From NCBI GenBank assembly GCA_000004695.1, contig CM000150.2, positions 1,088,001 to 1,152,000 on the forward strand: a DNA stretch of 64,000 nt, given 5' to 3'. This document shows, in pieces, positions 26,621 to 44,710 of the stretch (its first letter is position 1; each line of letters begins with the position of its first letter). The notes beneath the pieces are model-generated. The model was given only the letters and a program-made list of their open reading frames with translations. It did not search any database and was not told where the DNA came from. The DNA comes from Dictyostelium discoideum. Lineage: Eukaryota. The translations under genes were made by a program, and so were the position numbers.

Positions 26621-28428
26621 TTAATTTTTTTTATTTTTTACAAGACATACTTCAACGTCACAACCAAATGAAATTAACATATCAATCCAAATTCTTTGCT
26701 GATCACGTAATCTATCACCTGTTCCTTTAACTTCAACAAATTTTATTGAACTATTATTATTATTTTTATCATCTATATCATCATCATTATTATTATTTAA
26801 TTTCCATAATAATAAATCAGGCATACCATGTGAAAAACTTTTAAAATCTTCAGTTAGTAAACGTGATATGAAAGCGATTAATTTACCACCTAAACATTTT
26901 GAGATAATTGATAATTGTTCTAATGATGTTGATTTCCAATTGACACCTCTTGCTTCACATCCATTATGAAGCCAAGATTGGTTCAATAGTATTAATAAAT
27001 CATCATAGTTTGAATGTTCTAATCGTTTTATACGATTATCGATAGCTTCTTTTCTAGTAAAATAAAATTCATCAGATCCAAAGTCCAATGGTGAATTTTG
27101 AAATGGTGATTGAAATACATGTGGTACATTTGAATCAAAAATGATATCCCAAAAATATAAAACATACAACGTAATAAATATTGAAGTCTCGCAATGAATA
27201 CCTTCCCAACCACCATTTTGTGAATAATGTTCAAGTGAGACTTCTTCAACTGTACCATGTGTAATTTCAATAATTTCTTCTTCTTCTTCTTCTTCTTCTT
27301 GTCCTTGTCCTTCTTCTTCTTCTTCTTCTTCTTCTTCTTGTTCTTCTTCTTTTTTAACAGAATTTGTAATTTGTAATTGATTTTCTTTTTCAATTTTATA
27401 ACTTTGACCTGGTGGAAATAATTCATCATCACTTGTTATTTCTAATGATGTTTCTTCATCAATATAAATATTTTGACTTGAACTTTGTGTATTATTAATT
27501 GAAGTAGTTGTTAATATACTATCAAAACTTTTTTGACTACTAATTGCTAAAATATTATTATTATTATTATTAATTTGAGATTGAATTGGTGTTTGATTTT
27601 GAGATTGAGATTGAGATTGAATTGGACTTTGAATTTGAATTTGAGAAGATTGAATTTGAGTTTGAATTTGAGTTTGAATTTGAGTTTGAATTTGAGATGA
27701 TAATGATGATTGAACTTTTTGTTGATTATTTTGACTTTGACTACTCTTTATAATTATTTTTTTAATTTTATTAATTTTAATTTGAGGAGTTAAAAATAAA
27801 TATTTACTTTTATAACCTTGTTGATTATTTGAAACTTTTTCACGATAGATTGTAGTTGAGATTGGCTCTTTTAATTTATAAGAGAATTGAATTAAACCAG
27901 CAGGAATTCTCCAACGACGAGGTGGTGATGATAATTGAATTAAATGTTTTTCAATGGCCAATCTATCACCACTACGTAGGAATGGATCTTCTTTTAGTGA
28001 ACGTTCCGCTATTAATAATGCATCATCACTACGATGTAAATGTTTATGATTGATGATCATACGTTGCCACCAATATCCTCTTTTACCTCTACAATAAGGT
28101 GATTCAATTAATAGCATTAAAAAATCGATACATTGTTGATATTTACGTAACTTTTCAAATATATCAATTGACCAAGATAGGATTCTAGTATAAACCCATC
28201 CAACCGTAAATTTTAATGCAAAACTATATTTAACTTTTTTACTAACACTTCTACCTAATTCATCTAAACAAACTTGTAATATTGATTCTAACGCTACTAA
28301 ATCACCACCACTTTCATAAAGATTAATTGATTTCTCTTCTAATTTCCTTGCATTTTCATATTTTAATAATGATTCTCTATTTGGAAATATTGATTCATTC
28401 TCTGTTAAATCAATATCATATTCTTTAA

Positions 28429-28488
<60 letters not shown>

Positions 28489-29968
28489 TACTACCACTAC
28501 TATTTTGTGTTAAATCTATTACATCACTTTCTTGTTTAACTTGAATAAGTTGATTTTGTAGTATTTCTTCTTTTTCTTTTTCCACCTCTTCTTCTTTTTG
28601 TTGTACTTCTTTTTTTACTTTACTTTTCCAAACTGTATATTCTGGATATTTAATTCCCATTATATTATTTACAATCATTGATTTTGAATCATGAGTACTC
28701 CATGAATAGAAATAAAGATGATGAATCATTCTCCATAATTCAACTACTTCTGTTACAATTTTAATAGATTCTCCAACTAAATTTTCAACTTTTCTATAAA
28801 AAGAGAGAAAAAAAAAAATTAGTTTTTTTATATTAAAATAATTAATAATTATTAATAATTTTAAATGAATTAATTACTTTTTATAAATTGGTTTTGGTGA
28901 AAACAATGTACTTTGACCTTTAAATGGTTCACCAGAAATAACTTTTAAAAAAGTTTCTTTACCTGAAGAATTTGGAATTGAAAATGAACTAGCGATTGAT
29001 TTTAATTGATCAATTTTTAATAGATTTGCAATTTCATTATAATCATGTTTATCACTACTATAATATTCCAAGAAACCATATTCTACCAATGATTCAATGG
29101 CTGCACCAATATTTTTAATTTCATTTTGATAGTTTGATGATTTTAATTCATTAATTTGAAACCATGGTCCTTTTCTATTATACAGTCTAACAAATAAATG
29201 CTGTGAATCTCTATCCAAAGTTTCAATCATTCCTTCAATATAATCTTTTTCATCATTAATAAATAAATGTTTATCTCTTTTATATACAGTTTCTGTTACA
29301 ATTAAAAAATCATTTAAATAATATCTATTATTTTTAATTAAATTATTTTTATCATCAATTGTTGTTATATTATTAGAGGAAGAAGGTGATGATGATGAAG
29401 TAGTTGTAGTGGTTGTTGTCGTATTTGATGGAGGTGGGGTTGTAGGTTGAGATAATAGAAATTCTTCAAATGTCTCTGTAGTTGTAGTTGTTTTAATTGT
29501 TTTAAAAAGATTATTTGGTGATTCTTGTTGTTGTTGTTGTTGTTGTTGTTGTAGTTGTTTTATTTGTTGTTGTTGTGTATTTGGTATTTGTTGTTGATTT
29601 TCTTGTTGTGGTAATTTATTTGGTATTTGTGGAGATGATGGTGTTGATGCTTTTTGAAATTGTTGAATTAAATTTGTATTTCTAGAATCATCAAATGATT
29701 CAACAACTACAGTTGTTGTAGTTGTAGTTTTTTTAATTGGCGTTATCGTATTATTATTATTATTGTTATTGTTAGATTTATCATTTTCCTTATTATTATT
29801 TTGGGTGAATCTTATTGGTTGTGTTGGAGTTTTGGGTGGTGTTGTAGTATCATTAAAAAAGAAATCTTTAATTGAAGTTTGTTTTCCTTCAAAAGAGGGA
29901 AATTTTTTATTTGGGTTTACAGGAGGTGGTGATTTTCTTTTTACACTATTTTTAGTATTTGATTTCAT
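26621..29968 (-). CDS. fan1: FAN1 (FANCD2/FANCI-associated nuclease 1) homolog; 2 exons, ~1087 aa
   Basis: Exon 1 is 29968..28878 (ATG at 29968). It contains FAN1 N-region homology LFVRLYNRKGPWFQINEL...AAIESLVEYGFLE. Intron 28877..28794 (donor GTAATT, acceptor tatAG). Exon 2 is 28793..26621, in phase (AA|A). TPR-like middle region. C-terminal VRR-NUC nuclease domain: MPDLLLW...FVEVKGTGDRLRDQQRIWIDMLISFGCDVEVCLV, matching the PDxn(E)VK FAN1 signature. Confidence 0.85.
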
Positions 29969-30578
29969 TTATTAATTTATTTTTATTTTTATTTTTATTT
30001 TTATTTTTATTATTATTTTTTTAAAAAAAAAAAATTAAAGTGATAAATAAAAATTGAAGTGATATTATTTGTTGCTTTATTATGTTATTACATAACTAAA
30101 TTTTATTAAAATAAACTAATAAATTAATAAATAAATTAAATAAATTAAATAAATAAATAAATAAATAATTAAAATAATATTAAAACTATTATCAATAAAA
30201 AACTTTTTTAATATAAAAGAATTGGCGGGTTTTTTTATTTTGTCGAAAAAAAAAAAATAAAAAAAAAAAAATAAAAATAAAATTAAAAAAAAAATAAAGA
30301 AAAATTAAAATTATCAGATTCCAATTATTTATCTAAAATTATAATTTTATTTTTTCATTATCATTTAATTTCTATTTAAAAGAAATTTCAAAAACACATT
30401 TTTTTTTATATATTTATATATTTATATATTTTTTTTTTTTTTTTTTGAATTTCACAATTATTTTTTTTTTTTTTTTTTTATTTTTTTGTTCAAACACAAA
30501 AAAAAAGTCGATTTTTTATTTTTTATTTTTTTTTCATTTTAATTTTTTATTTTTTAAAGTACTATTTTTATTAGTATT

Positions 30579-33104
<2,526 letters not shown>

Positions 33105-33190
33105 ATTCAATTTATTAATATAAAAAAAAAAAAAAAAATAATCAAAATAAAATAATAATAAAAAATTAATTTAAATTATAACACAATAAT

Positions 33191-33221
<31 letters not shown>

Positions 33222-33612
33222 ATTGCAGTGTACATTAAAAAAAAAAAAAAAACTTTAACTATAATAAATAAACATTTAATTATGTGATAAATATCACATA
33301 CACTTTTTAAATCAATAATTTATTTTATTATTTATTCAATTTTTAAATTTTCTAAACAAACACCACGCCCAATAAATCATATCAACTTCCATTTAATTAA
33401 ATTAAAATAAAAAAAATTAATAAATAAAATAAAATAAATAATTAAGAAAATAATATTAATATTAAAATTAATATTTTATTGTATTAAAAACTTTAAAAAG
33501 AAATCTTATAGTTTTTGTTGAAATTTATTTATTCATCTGATCTTAAAGATATTATTTCAGAATTATCATAAAGATTAATTGTATCTTTATTTTTTAAATA
33601 AAAAGAATAAAA

Positions 33613-33735
33613 TTGATTGGAACAATAATCATTAAAAAATGGTTCGATGACTCTTATGAACATATAATGGGCGATAAAGGCTTTCAAGGATCCGATAAAT
33701 TATATTTTAAATTTATAGTAATTTCGAGAAAAAAC

Positions 33736-33776
<41 letters not shown>

Positions 33777-34038
33777 TAATGATGGTGATATAAATGGAGA
33801 ATGTTTTGAACCAGAATATTATGTAAGCGATGAAAAAGAATCAGATGCAAGGTTTAAATCGATTAGAATAATAATTGAAAATGTTTTTGCTCACATTAAA
33901 AAATATTCAATTACCTGTCTCACTTTTAGATTTAAGAATAAGATTGAATCAACAACTTTATTGGACTATCATCATAAAATTTGGTGTGTTGTTGCATTTT
34001 TGGTTAACTTGTATGTTGAAATTAGAAAGAAAGAATAA
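33613..34038 (+). mobile_element. 5'-truncated PIF/Harbinger-like (DDE_Tnp_4) transposase relic, C-terminal ~125 aa only
   Basis: The listed 'M' is TTG; the first ATG is at EHIMGDKGF. Motifs: GDKGFQGS (second-Asp region, cf. GDSGYP); E..ARFKSIRIIIENVFAHIKKYSITCLTFRFKN (cf. N..H..R..IERTFGLLK.RFRCL with the catalytic E); KIWCVVAFLVNLYV (cf. C..LHN). No upstream catalytic D or N-terminal domain is present. Confidence 0.45.
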
Positions 34039-34121
34039 ACTCTCATATTAATTTAATATGAAAACAATTTCGACAAAAAAAACATTTTCATTTCACAAAA
34101 AAAAACTTTTTTTTCTGAAAA

Positions 34122-34340
34122 TATTATCATTATTTATTATTTTAAATCTATTATCAAATAAATTATTATATATATTTTTTTTTTTTTTTTTTTGGTGTTT
34201 TGAAGATATTTTTATTTTTCGATAAACAGTTTTTTAAATTTTTTTTTCTAAGTTACTTTTTTTAAGATTGGCATTTTTTGGTGTTTTGAAGATATTTTTA
34301 TTTTTTTCGATAATCAGTTTTTTAAATTTTTTTTTCTTTT
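34122..34340. repeat. Direct repeat R1, internally duplicated ~75-bp unit; left flank of the lectin-gene island
   Basis: ttattttaaatctattatcaaataaattat... and (ttggtgttttgaagatatttttatttttcgataa(a/t)cagttttttaaatttttttttct)x2. The same sequence recurs at 36958..37075. Confidence 0.6.
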
Positions 34341-34623
34341 TTTTTTTTTTATTTTAAATATTCACACTTTCACCAATTAAAACACAAACCCTAAAAAATG
34401 CAATGAGTGAAAGATAACACTCCATTTTGACACCTGTGTTGGTGTTGACTTGAACAAAGATCTAAACCATGGGTTAAAAAAAAAAAAAAAATAAAAATAA
34501 TAGACTTAAAAAAAATATAAATACTTTAAAACTTTTTTTTTTTTTTCATTCTCAAAAATAAATTAAATAACTTTTAAAACAAAAAATTTAAATAAATAAA
34601 ATAAAAAAATTAAAAATAAAGAA

Positions 34624-35895
34624 ATGATAAATATTGAAGATATTTCAAAATCTTCAAATGAAAGTGAAGAAAAACAATTAAAAAGTACAAGTACAAGTTC
34701 AAAACCAAAATACCCATTCGCAGCAAAAAGCTTATTCAAAGGTTCAAATAATATTATACCATATTATTTATCAACCAGTAATACATTCCAATGTGTAGCA
34801 TCTGAGTCAATTCAAACATGGCTTCTTTCAGATGATGGTCATATCTTTACATCCAGTGGTAATTTTGTTTTAGATGTTTCATCAGGTGGTTATTTTGTTG
34901 AATTAGTACAACTTAATTCAAATTCAAAAACTCAAATTTGGACAATTGATACAACAAATAATAAAATTCAAAACCAAGGTAATGGTAAATACCTTGATAT
35001 CGACAATTTGAATATTTGTGTTGCACCTTTAAATGGAAACGCAACTCAAAAATGGACAACTTTTAGAAGAGCACCAATTCCAACTGGTAATTGGGGTTAC
35101 TTTCAAAGCAAAAAATTGGATTCCAATAATAATTATTGGGGTCTAAGTGTATTAAATAATAGTACATCATATAATACTAGTGTAGTAATGAATAAAGTTC
35201 AAGCAAAATCAATAGGTCAAATTTGGCAAATGACAAACGATGGTCACATTTTATCACGTTTGGATGGTAATTTAGTATTAGATATTGGTCCATCAATTAA
35301 TGGTAGTAAAACAAACTATTATTTAAATACCAATGTTTACAAAGCAAATGATCTAATGCAACAATGGGGTATCAACGAAAATAATCAAATATTCAATCAA
35401 TATTATCCAAATTTATGTATTGGATTCGTTGGCGAACTTGGAGTTGATTCAACTGTTAATTGTGTATTAGCTCAACCAACTAGTGCTAGTGATATTAATT
35501 TCCAATGGATTGCAAATCCAACCTATTCATTAAACCAAATTGTTAGTGAAGTACCAGAACCATTTCCAGCTTACACAAGTGGTGATTTATTAGCATCATA
35601 TCAATACCTTAGTAATGATGCAACAAATGGTTATACTGATGATATTAGATCACTTTATACAAGTATTAATGTTAGTTTAGAACATTTCTATGTTAATGTC
35701 TCCAATGCAACTTGTCCATCATCAATTCATTCAACTGAAGATTTTTCAAATGTTCAAAATCAAATCAAAAATGAACTCACCTACGCAATCAATGTCCGTT
35801 TAGTATTTGATAACTATTCCGATTTTTATAGTAAATTATTTAGTCAAGGTAGTACAAATTTAACAAACTTGGCAAATTTAATTAATGTCATCTGA
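34624..35895 (+). CDS. Ricin-B (beta-trefoil, QxW) lectin-domain protein, N-terminal 423-aa part of a Cup-like (calcium-upregulated family) gene
   Basis: ATG at 34624 in an A-rich context. Repeated QxW motifs TQIWTI, TQKWTT, GQIWQM and MQQWGI, with hydrophobic spacing typical of tandem ricin-B beta-trefoil subdomains. Ends at TGA 35893..35895 exactly at a 19-bp tandem duplication. Confidence 0.6.
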   Translation: MINIEDISKSSNESEEKQLKSTSTSSKPKYPFAAKSLFKGSNNIIPYYLSTSNTFQCVASESIQTWLLSDDGHIFTSSGNFVLDVSSGGYFVELVQLNSNSKTQIWTIDTTNNKIQNQGNGKYLDIDNLNICVAPLNGNATQKWTTFRRAPIPTGNWGYFQSKKLDSNNNYWGLSVLNNSTSYNTSVVMNKVQAKSIGQIWQMTNDGHILSRLDGNLVLDIGPSINGSKTNYYLNTNVYKANDLMQQWGINENNQIFNQYYPNLCIGFVGELGVDSTVNCVLAQPTSASDINFQWIANPTYSLNQIVSEVPEPFPAYTSGDLLASYQYLSNDATNGYTDDIRSLYTSINVSLEHFYVNVSNATCPSSIHSTEDFSNVQNQIKNELTYAINVRLVFDNYSDFYSKLFSQGSTNLTNLANLINVI

Positions 35896-35900
35896 CCAAG

Positions 35901-36950
35901 TTGTTGTCATCTGACCAAGTTGTAAATGGAAATTACACCGATGCAATTACCAGTGTTTTTTATGCAATTATTTCAGAGATACCAATTGGTGGTTCAATAA
36001 TTGCAAACATTGGTGAGTCAGCAGTAGAATTTGGTGAATTAGATGCTGAAAGTAATGATTCAGGCCCATCAACCTATCAAGTTACATTAAGTAAACTCTA
36101 TGATCATTTAAATGAAAATTATGAAAATGAAATGGCAAATGCCCAAAGAATGAAAAATACCATTTTACAAGATTGGGGTATGATGAGTAAAACCTTTGCA
36201 TTATGTTTCTTACCAACCAATAATCCATCCTCACTCAATATCAATGGATTAGACTTTCAAAAAATTTCTACCATAGCTTCTATAGCTTACCAAACTGCAA
36301 TGATTCAAATGTTATTACCAACTAATTATCAAATTTACTTTACACCAGCTGGTTACTATGCACCAGTTTCAAGTGATGATTACTCTTATACTGATAGTAC
36401 TGGAACCTATATTATGGCGGAAATCGATAACTGTAACTCTCATCCTCCAAAAGCTTTAACCGATAAGTTATGGAATAATGGAGTTTCAAAACAAGAAGTT
36501 TTCACATCTTCCTATGGTTGGAATTTAGCTACCTCTGTGACCTATTACAATATGGTCGGTAGATATGGTGGAATGTTTAAATTATCTTTCCCAACTGTAA
36601 AGAATTTAACATCAGTACCAATTCAATTCGTAATGACCAATGGAAGGGATAGAGTTGGTACTTTCAATGTTAAAACTCATTTTACTGGATTAGCCTCAAC
36701 ATATTACAATTCAGGTGCCCTTGGTCATCATTATTACGATATTGCTGTAACTGATATTAACGGTAACAAGGTTGCAAATTTCACAGTTGACAATAATTTG
36801 GTAGCTCTTGAAGGTAGTTATGTTTCAATCAAAACTAATTCATTAGTTGTTCAACCAGGTTATGTTGTTGGTAATCCAACTTGTAATCAAGGTGGTTTTT
36901 CTCAAGGATTTGCTGCTTCAATTTTAATTCCAATTTATAAATCAAATTAA
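35901..36950 (+). CDS. Probable C-terminal continuation of the same lectin gene in the +2 frame (349 aa); the gene may be frame-disrupted
   Basis: Open frame from TAA 35883..35885 onward; the listed 'M' is TTG and the first ATG is about 60 codons in. Coding-like composition throughout, beta-rich C-terminus. Combined length of about 775 aa matches the Cup-protein size (two ricin domains plus a conserved C-region). Confidence 0.45.
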   Translation: MLSSDQVVNGNYTDAITSVFYAIISEIPIGGSIIANIGESAVEFGELDAESNDSGPSTYQVTLSKLYDHLNENYENEMANAQRMKNTILQDWGMMSKTFALCFLPTNNPSSLNINGLDFQKISTIASIAYQTAMIQMLLPTNYQIYFTPAGYYAPVSSDDYSYTDSTGTYIMAEIDNCNSHPPKALTDKLWNNGVSKQEVFTSSYGWNLATSVTYYNMVGRYGGMFKLSFPTVKNLTSVPIQFVMTNGRDRVGTFNVKTHFTGLASTYYNSGALGHHYYDIAVTDINGNKVANFTVDNNLVALEGSYVSIKTNSLVVQPGYVVGNPTCNQGGFSQGFAASILIPIYKSN

Positions 36951-36957
36951 AAAAATC

Positions 36958-37075
36958 GATTTTAATTATTTATTATTTTAAATCTATTATCAAATAAATT
37001 ATATATTTTTTTTTTTCGATAGTTTTATTTTTTTCGATAATCAGTTTTTTAAATTTTTTTTTCTAAGATACTGTT
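36958..37075. repeat. Direct repeat R2, copy of R1 with an internal deletion; right flank of the lectin-gene island
   Basis: ttattttaaatctattatcaaataaattatatattttttt...tttttcgataatcagttttttaaatttttttttctaag matches 34131-34180 and 34300-34340. Confidence 0.6.
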
Positions 37076-38338
37076 ATCTGGTTATCTGAAAAATTAATTT
37101 CTTGATTTGAAATATTACCTTTAATTTTAGATTTGAATTTAATTAATTGATCAAAGAATAAATCGATTCTATTAATATCTAAAAAAAATATTAAATGCTC
37201 ATTTAAAATTTCTAATTTATTACCTCTTTAACTTTTTTCCAATACTTTATAGAGTGATTCAACTGAAGTTTCATCTTCAAAGATTTTTTCAATTGAAATT
37301 TTAAAATTGAAAAATTGATCTTCATCTTCATCCAATTCACCATATACTTCATTAAAATATTTTTAAGATATATAGATTTCATTGACAAGTATTCATATTG
37401 ATTATAGGTTGAATCCAAATCTATAAAAAACTGTTTACCCCCACTATTGGCTTCTTCAATTAAATCATAAGCTTCACAAATCCATTCAAATATATCACAT
37501 TCTTTTAAATATAATTCATAAAGACCTTCTATTAACTTTTGAAATACATTTGCAAACCTTGATTCTGATCGAATATTATCAAAAAAAAATATTTAAAATT
37601 AATGAATTTAATTCAAGTATTGAATGATAGAATGTAGAAAACAAAATTGGTAGAAATCTTTCTTCTAAATTTTCAGTTGAAATTACAAATTCTTGAATAT
37701 AATCATTATAACCAAACTTTATAGAAATTATGAAACAATTTTATCTCAAGTTGAAATTATATTTAAAAATAATTCAAAAGAATCCATTTTAGAATTCATT
37801 AAATATTATTCATCAAAAGATGTATATGAATTAATTGGTAATTTATATTGTGATCATATGGTTATAATGTTTTATATTCTCTATTCATCAGATACTAAAG
37901 ATCAATATTTAGAATTTTTAAATTCAATTAATCCATATTGTTGTTCATCATCGTCACCAGCATGGTCATCATCAATTGATTCAAAACAAAATGAAAATGG
38001 TTCTGATGAAAATGGTGCAGATGAAAAAAGAGAAAAATATTTACATATTCAATCAATTAAATGTTATTTTCCACTTGAATGGAATTTATTTTTAAATAAT
38101 ATTAAATCATATTCTCCATTTAATAAAGTATTATTATTAACTATTTTTAAAATGTTTTCAATCTTTTCTTTTAATATTAAAAAATCTTTATTTATTGAAT
38201 TTCCTTTTTTTAAATATTTCAATGTTAAATTCATTTTCTAAAAACTTTAAATTAAATAATCTTTTTTTAATTTCAAATGATTCAATTTCAAAGAATTTAT
38301 TAATTTCAATTTTTGAAACATTTATATAACCATCTGAT

Positions 38339-38458
38339 TTTGTATTGGTATTGGTATTGGTATTGGTATTTGTATTTGTATTGGTATTTGTATTGGTATT
38401 GGTATTGGTATTGGTATTGGTGGTGGTATTGGTGGTGGTATTGGTATTGGTGGTATTA
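38339..38458. repeat. (GGTATT)n hexanucleotide microsatellite
   Basis: ggtattggtattggtatt... gives the spurious WYWYWY ORF 38313..38528. Confidence 0.85.
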
Positions 38459-39364
38459 TAAAGTTTTGGATTATCTAAAATTAATTCTAATAACTCTACA
38501 TTACAACGATAATTATTATAAACTGTAATTGAAATAATTTTATTTTTTAACTCAACTCAATTGAACTCATTATTTCTTTGGTGAAATTTTAATTGGTTTT
38601 GAAATTAATTTTAAGAAAGCTAAAAAAAAATAAAAAAATAAAAAAACAAATAAAAAAAATTAAATAAAAAAAAATAGAATACTAATATAAACATTAATTT
38701 TAATTAAACCCAACCAGATTTTTTTATTTGTTTTTGTTTTTATTTTTATTTTTTTTTTTATTTTTTTTTATTTTTTTTTGTTTTTTTTTTTTTTGTTTTT
38801 TTTTTTTTTTTTTTTTTTTTGAAAAGTATTTTTAATTGGATATTATTTGAAAAATATTTTTAAACTGGGGGTGTGTTGGTGTTTAATTTTTCTGTTTAAT
38901 TTTTTTGTTTTTTTTTTCTTCATTATTAAACAAAAAAAAAAAAAAAATAAAAACAATTTAACAAAAAAAACAAAATAAAAATAACTTTTTTTGAATTTGA
39001 CACTTTTGGTGTGAAAAGGATTAAAAAAGATTACGGAGTGGATTATTAAAATATTACAAAAAAAAAAATTTTTTAATGACAATAGTAATTTATGTTTTAA
39101 TATAATTTCGGTAAATAAAAAAAATAAAATAAAAAAAAAAACAAAAAAACAAAAAAAAATAAATAAAAAAATAAAATATATGTATAATAAAAAGTAATAA
39201 ATAAAATAAATAAAATAAATAAAATAAAAAAATAAAAATAATATGTTTAAGGTGATTGATCAAAAATTTTAAAAGAAAAAAAAAAGAAAATTTAAAAATA
39301 ATTTTTTTTTGAAAATTTGAAAAGGCAAAAGGGCCAAAAGATTTTTTGAATATTTGCATTTCCG

Positions 39365-39399
<35 letters not shown>

Positions 39400-39448
39400 C
39401 CAAACGACATCTGAAAATAATACTTTCTAAAAAAAAAAATACAAAAAT

Positions 39449-39481
<33 letters not shown>

Positions 39482-40798
39482 CTTTTTTAAAATAAATTTA
39501 AATAATTATTTGAATCTGAAAAAAAAATAAAATAAAAATAAAAATTTTTAAAATTAGAAAAAAAAAAAAAAAATACAAAAAATTGAAAAAAAAAAAATAA
39601 AATATAAAATAATTTAAAAAAAAAAATAAAAAAAAAAATAAAACGACAAACAAATAATACAAAATTAATTAATATTTTAATAATATATAAATATATTTTT
39701 CATATGATAAATTACCATAATAAAAAAAATAAAAATAAAAAAAATAAAAAAAAATCAATTTATAAAAACAATATTACCCCATTTCTCACCACTCCCCTAA
39801 CTCACCTCACTCGTTGACACTCCGTAGGATTGCCAAAAATCTTCAACTCTATTTTCTTTTAAAATAATTTAAAAATTTTATTTTTTTTTTTTTTATTTTT
39901 TTTATTTTTTTATTTTTTATTTTTTTTTTTTTTTTTTTTTGAAATCCAACCTGTCATAAATAAAATTTTTTTTTTTTTTTTCTATCATTCTTTTTATTAG
40001 TTTTTCCTTTGCCAATACAATAAATAATATTAATCAGTAAGTATAAAATTAAATTAAAAAAAAAAAAAAATTAAAAAATAAAAAAAAATAAAAATAATAA
40101 AAATAAAAAAATAAAAAAAAAAAAAAAATAATAATAATAATTAAATAATTCCAAATAAATTAAAAAAAAAAAAAAAAAAAAAATATTTTTTATTTTATTT
40201 TTTTAATCTATTTTAAAGATTCAATCACAAAATTTTTTTTTTTTTAATTATTTTTTTTTTTTTTTTTTTAAAAAGGATCTTTTTTTTTTTGGAAAACCCC
40301 CTAACAATTAAAATTTTTTTTTTTTTTTTTTAAAATTCCATAGTTTGATAAAAGAAAAAAAAAAAAAAAAAAAAAAAACAAAAACTAAAAAATTAAACAC
40401 CCACATTATTGATAAAAAAAACAATCAAGTATTTTTTGAACCTTTTTTAATTGAATAAAAAGTTATGAATATCAAAAATTCAACAAATAGTTTAACAAAC
40501 GAAGATATCAACACCACTAATAATACCAACAACCAACCAAGCGACAGCAATAATAATAATACTAGTAATATTAATAGCAGTAGCAGTCAAGTACCATCAT
40601 CATCATCACCACCACTACCACCGCAACAACAACAACCAATTATTACCACCATCAGCAATTCGTCAATCACAATCACACATACCAAAACAAACATCATTTC
40701 ACGATTTTAATCTTTGTCACAATCCACATAATGAGATTAACCCATTTGCAGACACCTCAAATAACCCAAACAATGGAGCCAGTGGTAGTGGAAATCCA

Positions 40799-44710
<3,912 letters not shown>

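Noticed and set aside
27028-27432. 134-aa poly-Lys ORF (minus)
   Set aside because: Out-of-frame reading of the (GAA)n Glu tract inside FAN1 exon 2.
33640-33655. GGTTCGATGACTC resembling a tRNA T-arm box
   Set aside because: No acceptor or anticodon arm pairing around it; it lies inside the transposase-like ORF. No other tRNA-like GC-rich about 72-nt islands were seen anywhere.
35917-35925. Possible intron (GTAAAT donor) to join the two lectin ORFs
   Set aside because: No AT-rich intron body or downstream (T)nAG acceptor. The surrounding sequence is coding-like and the frames differ by an indel, not a splice.
38339-38458. WYWYWY peptide ORF 38313..38528
   Set aside because: Translation of the (GGTATT)n microsatellite.
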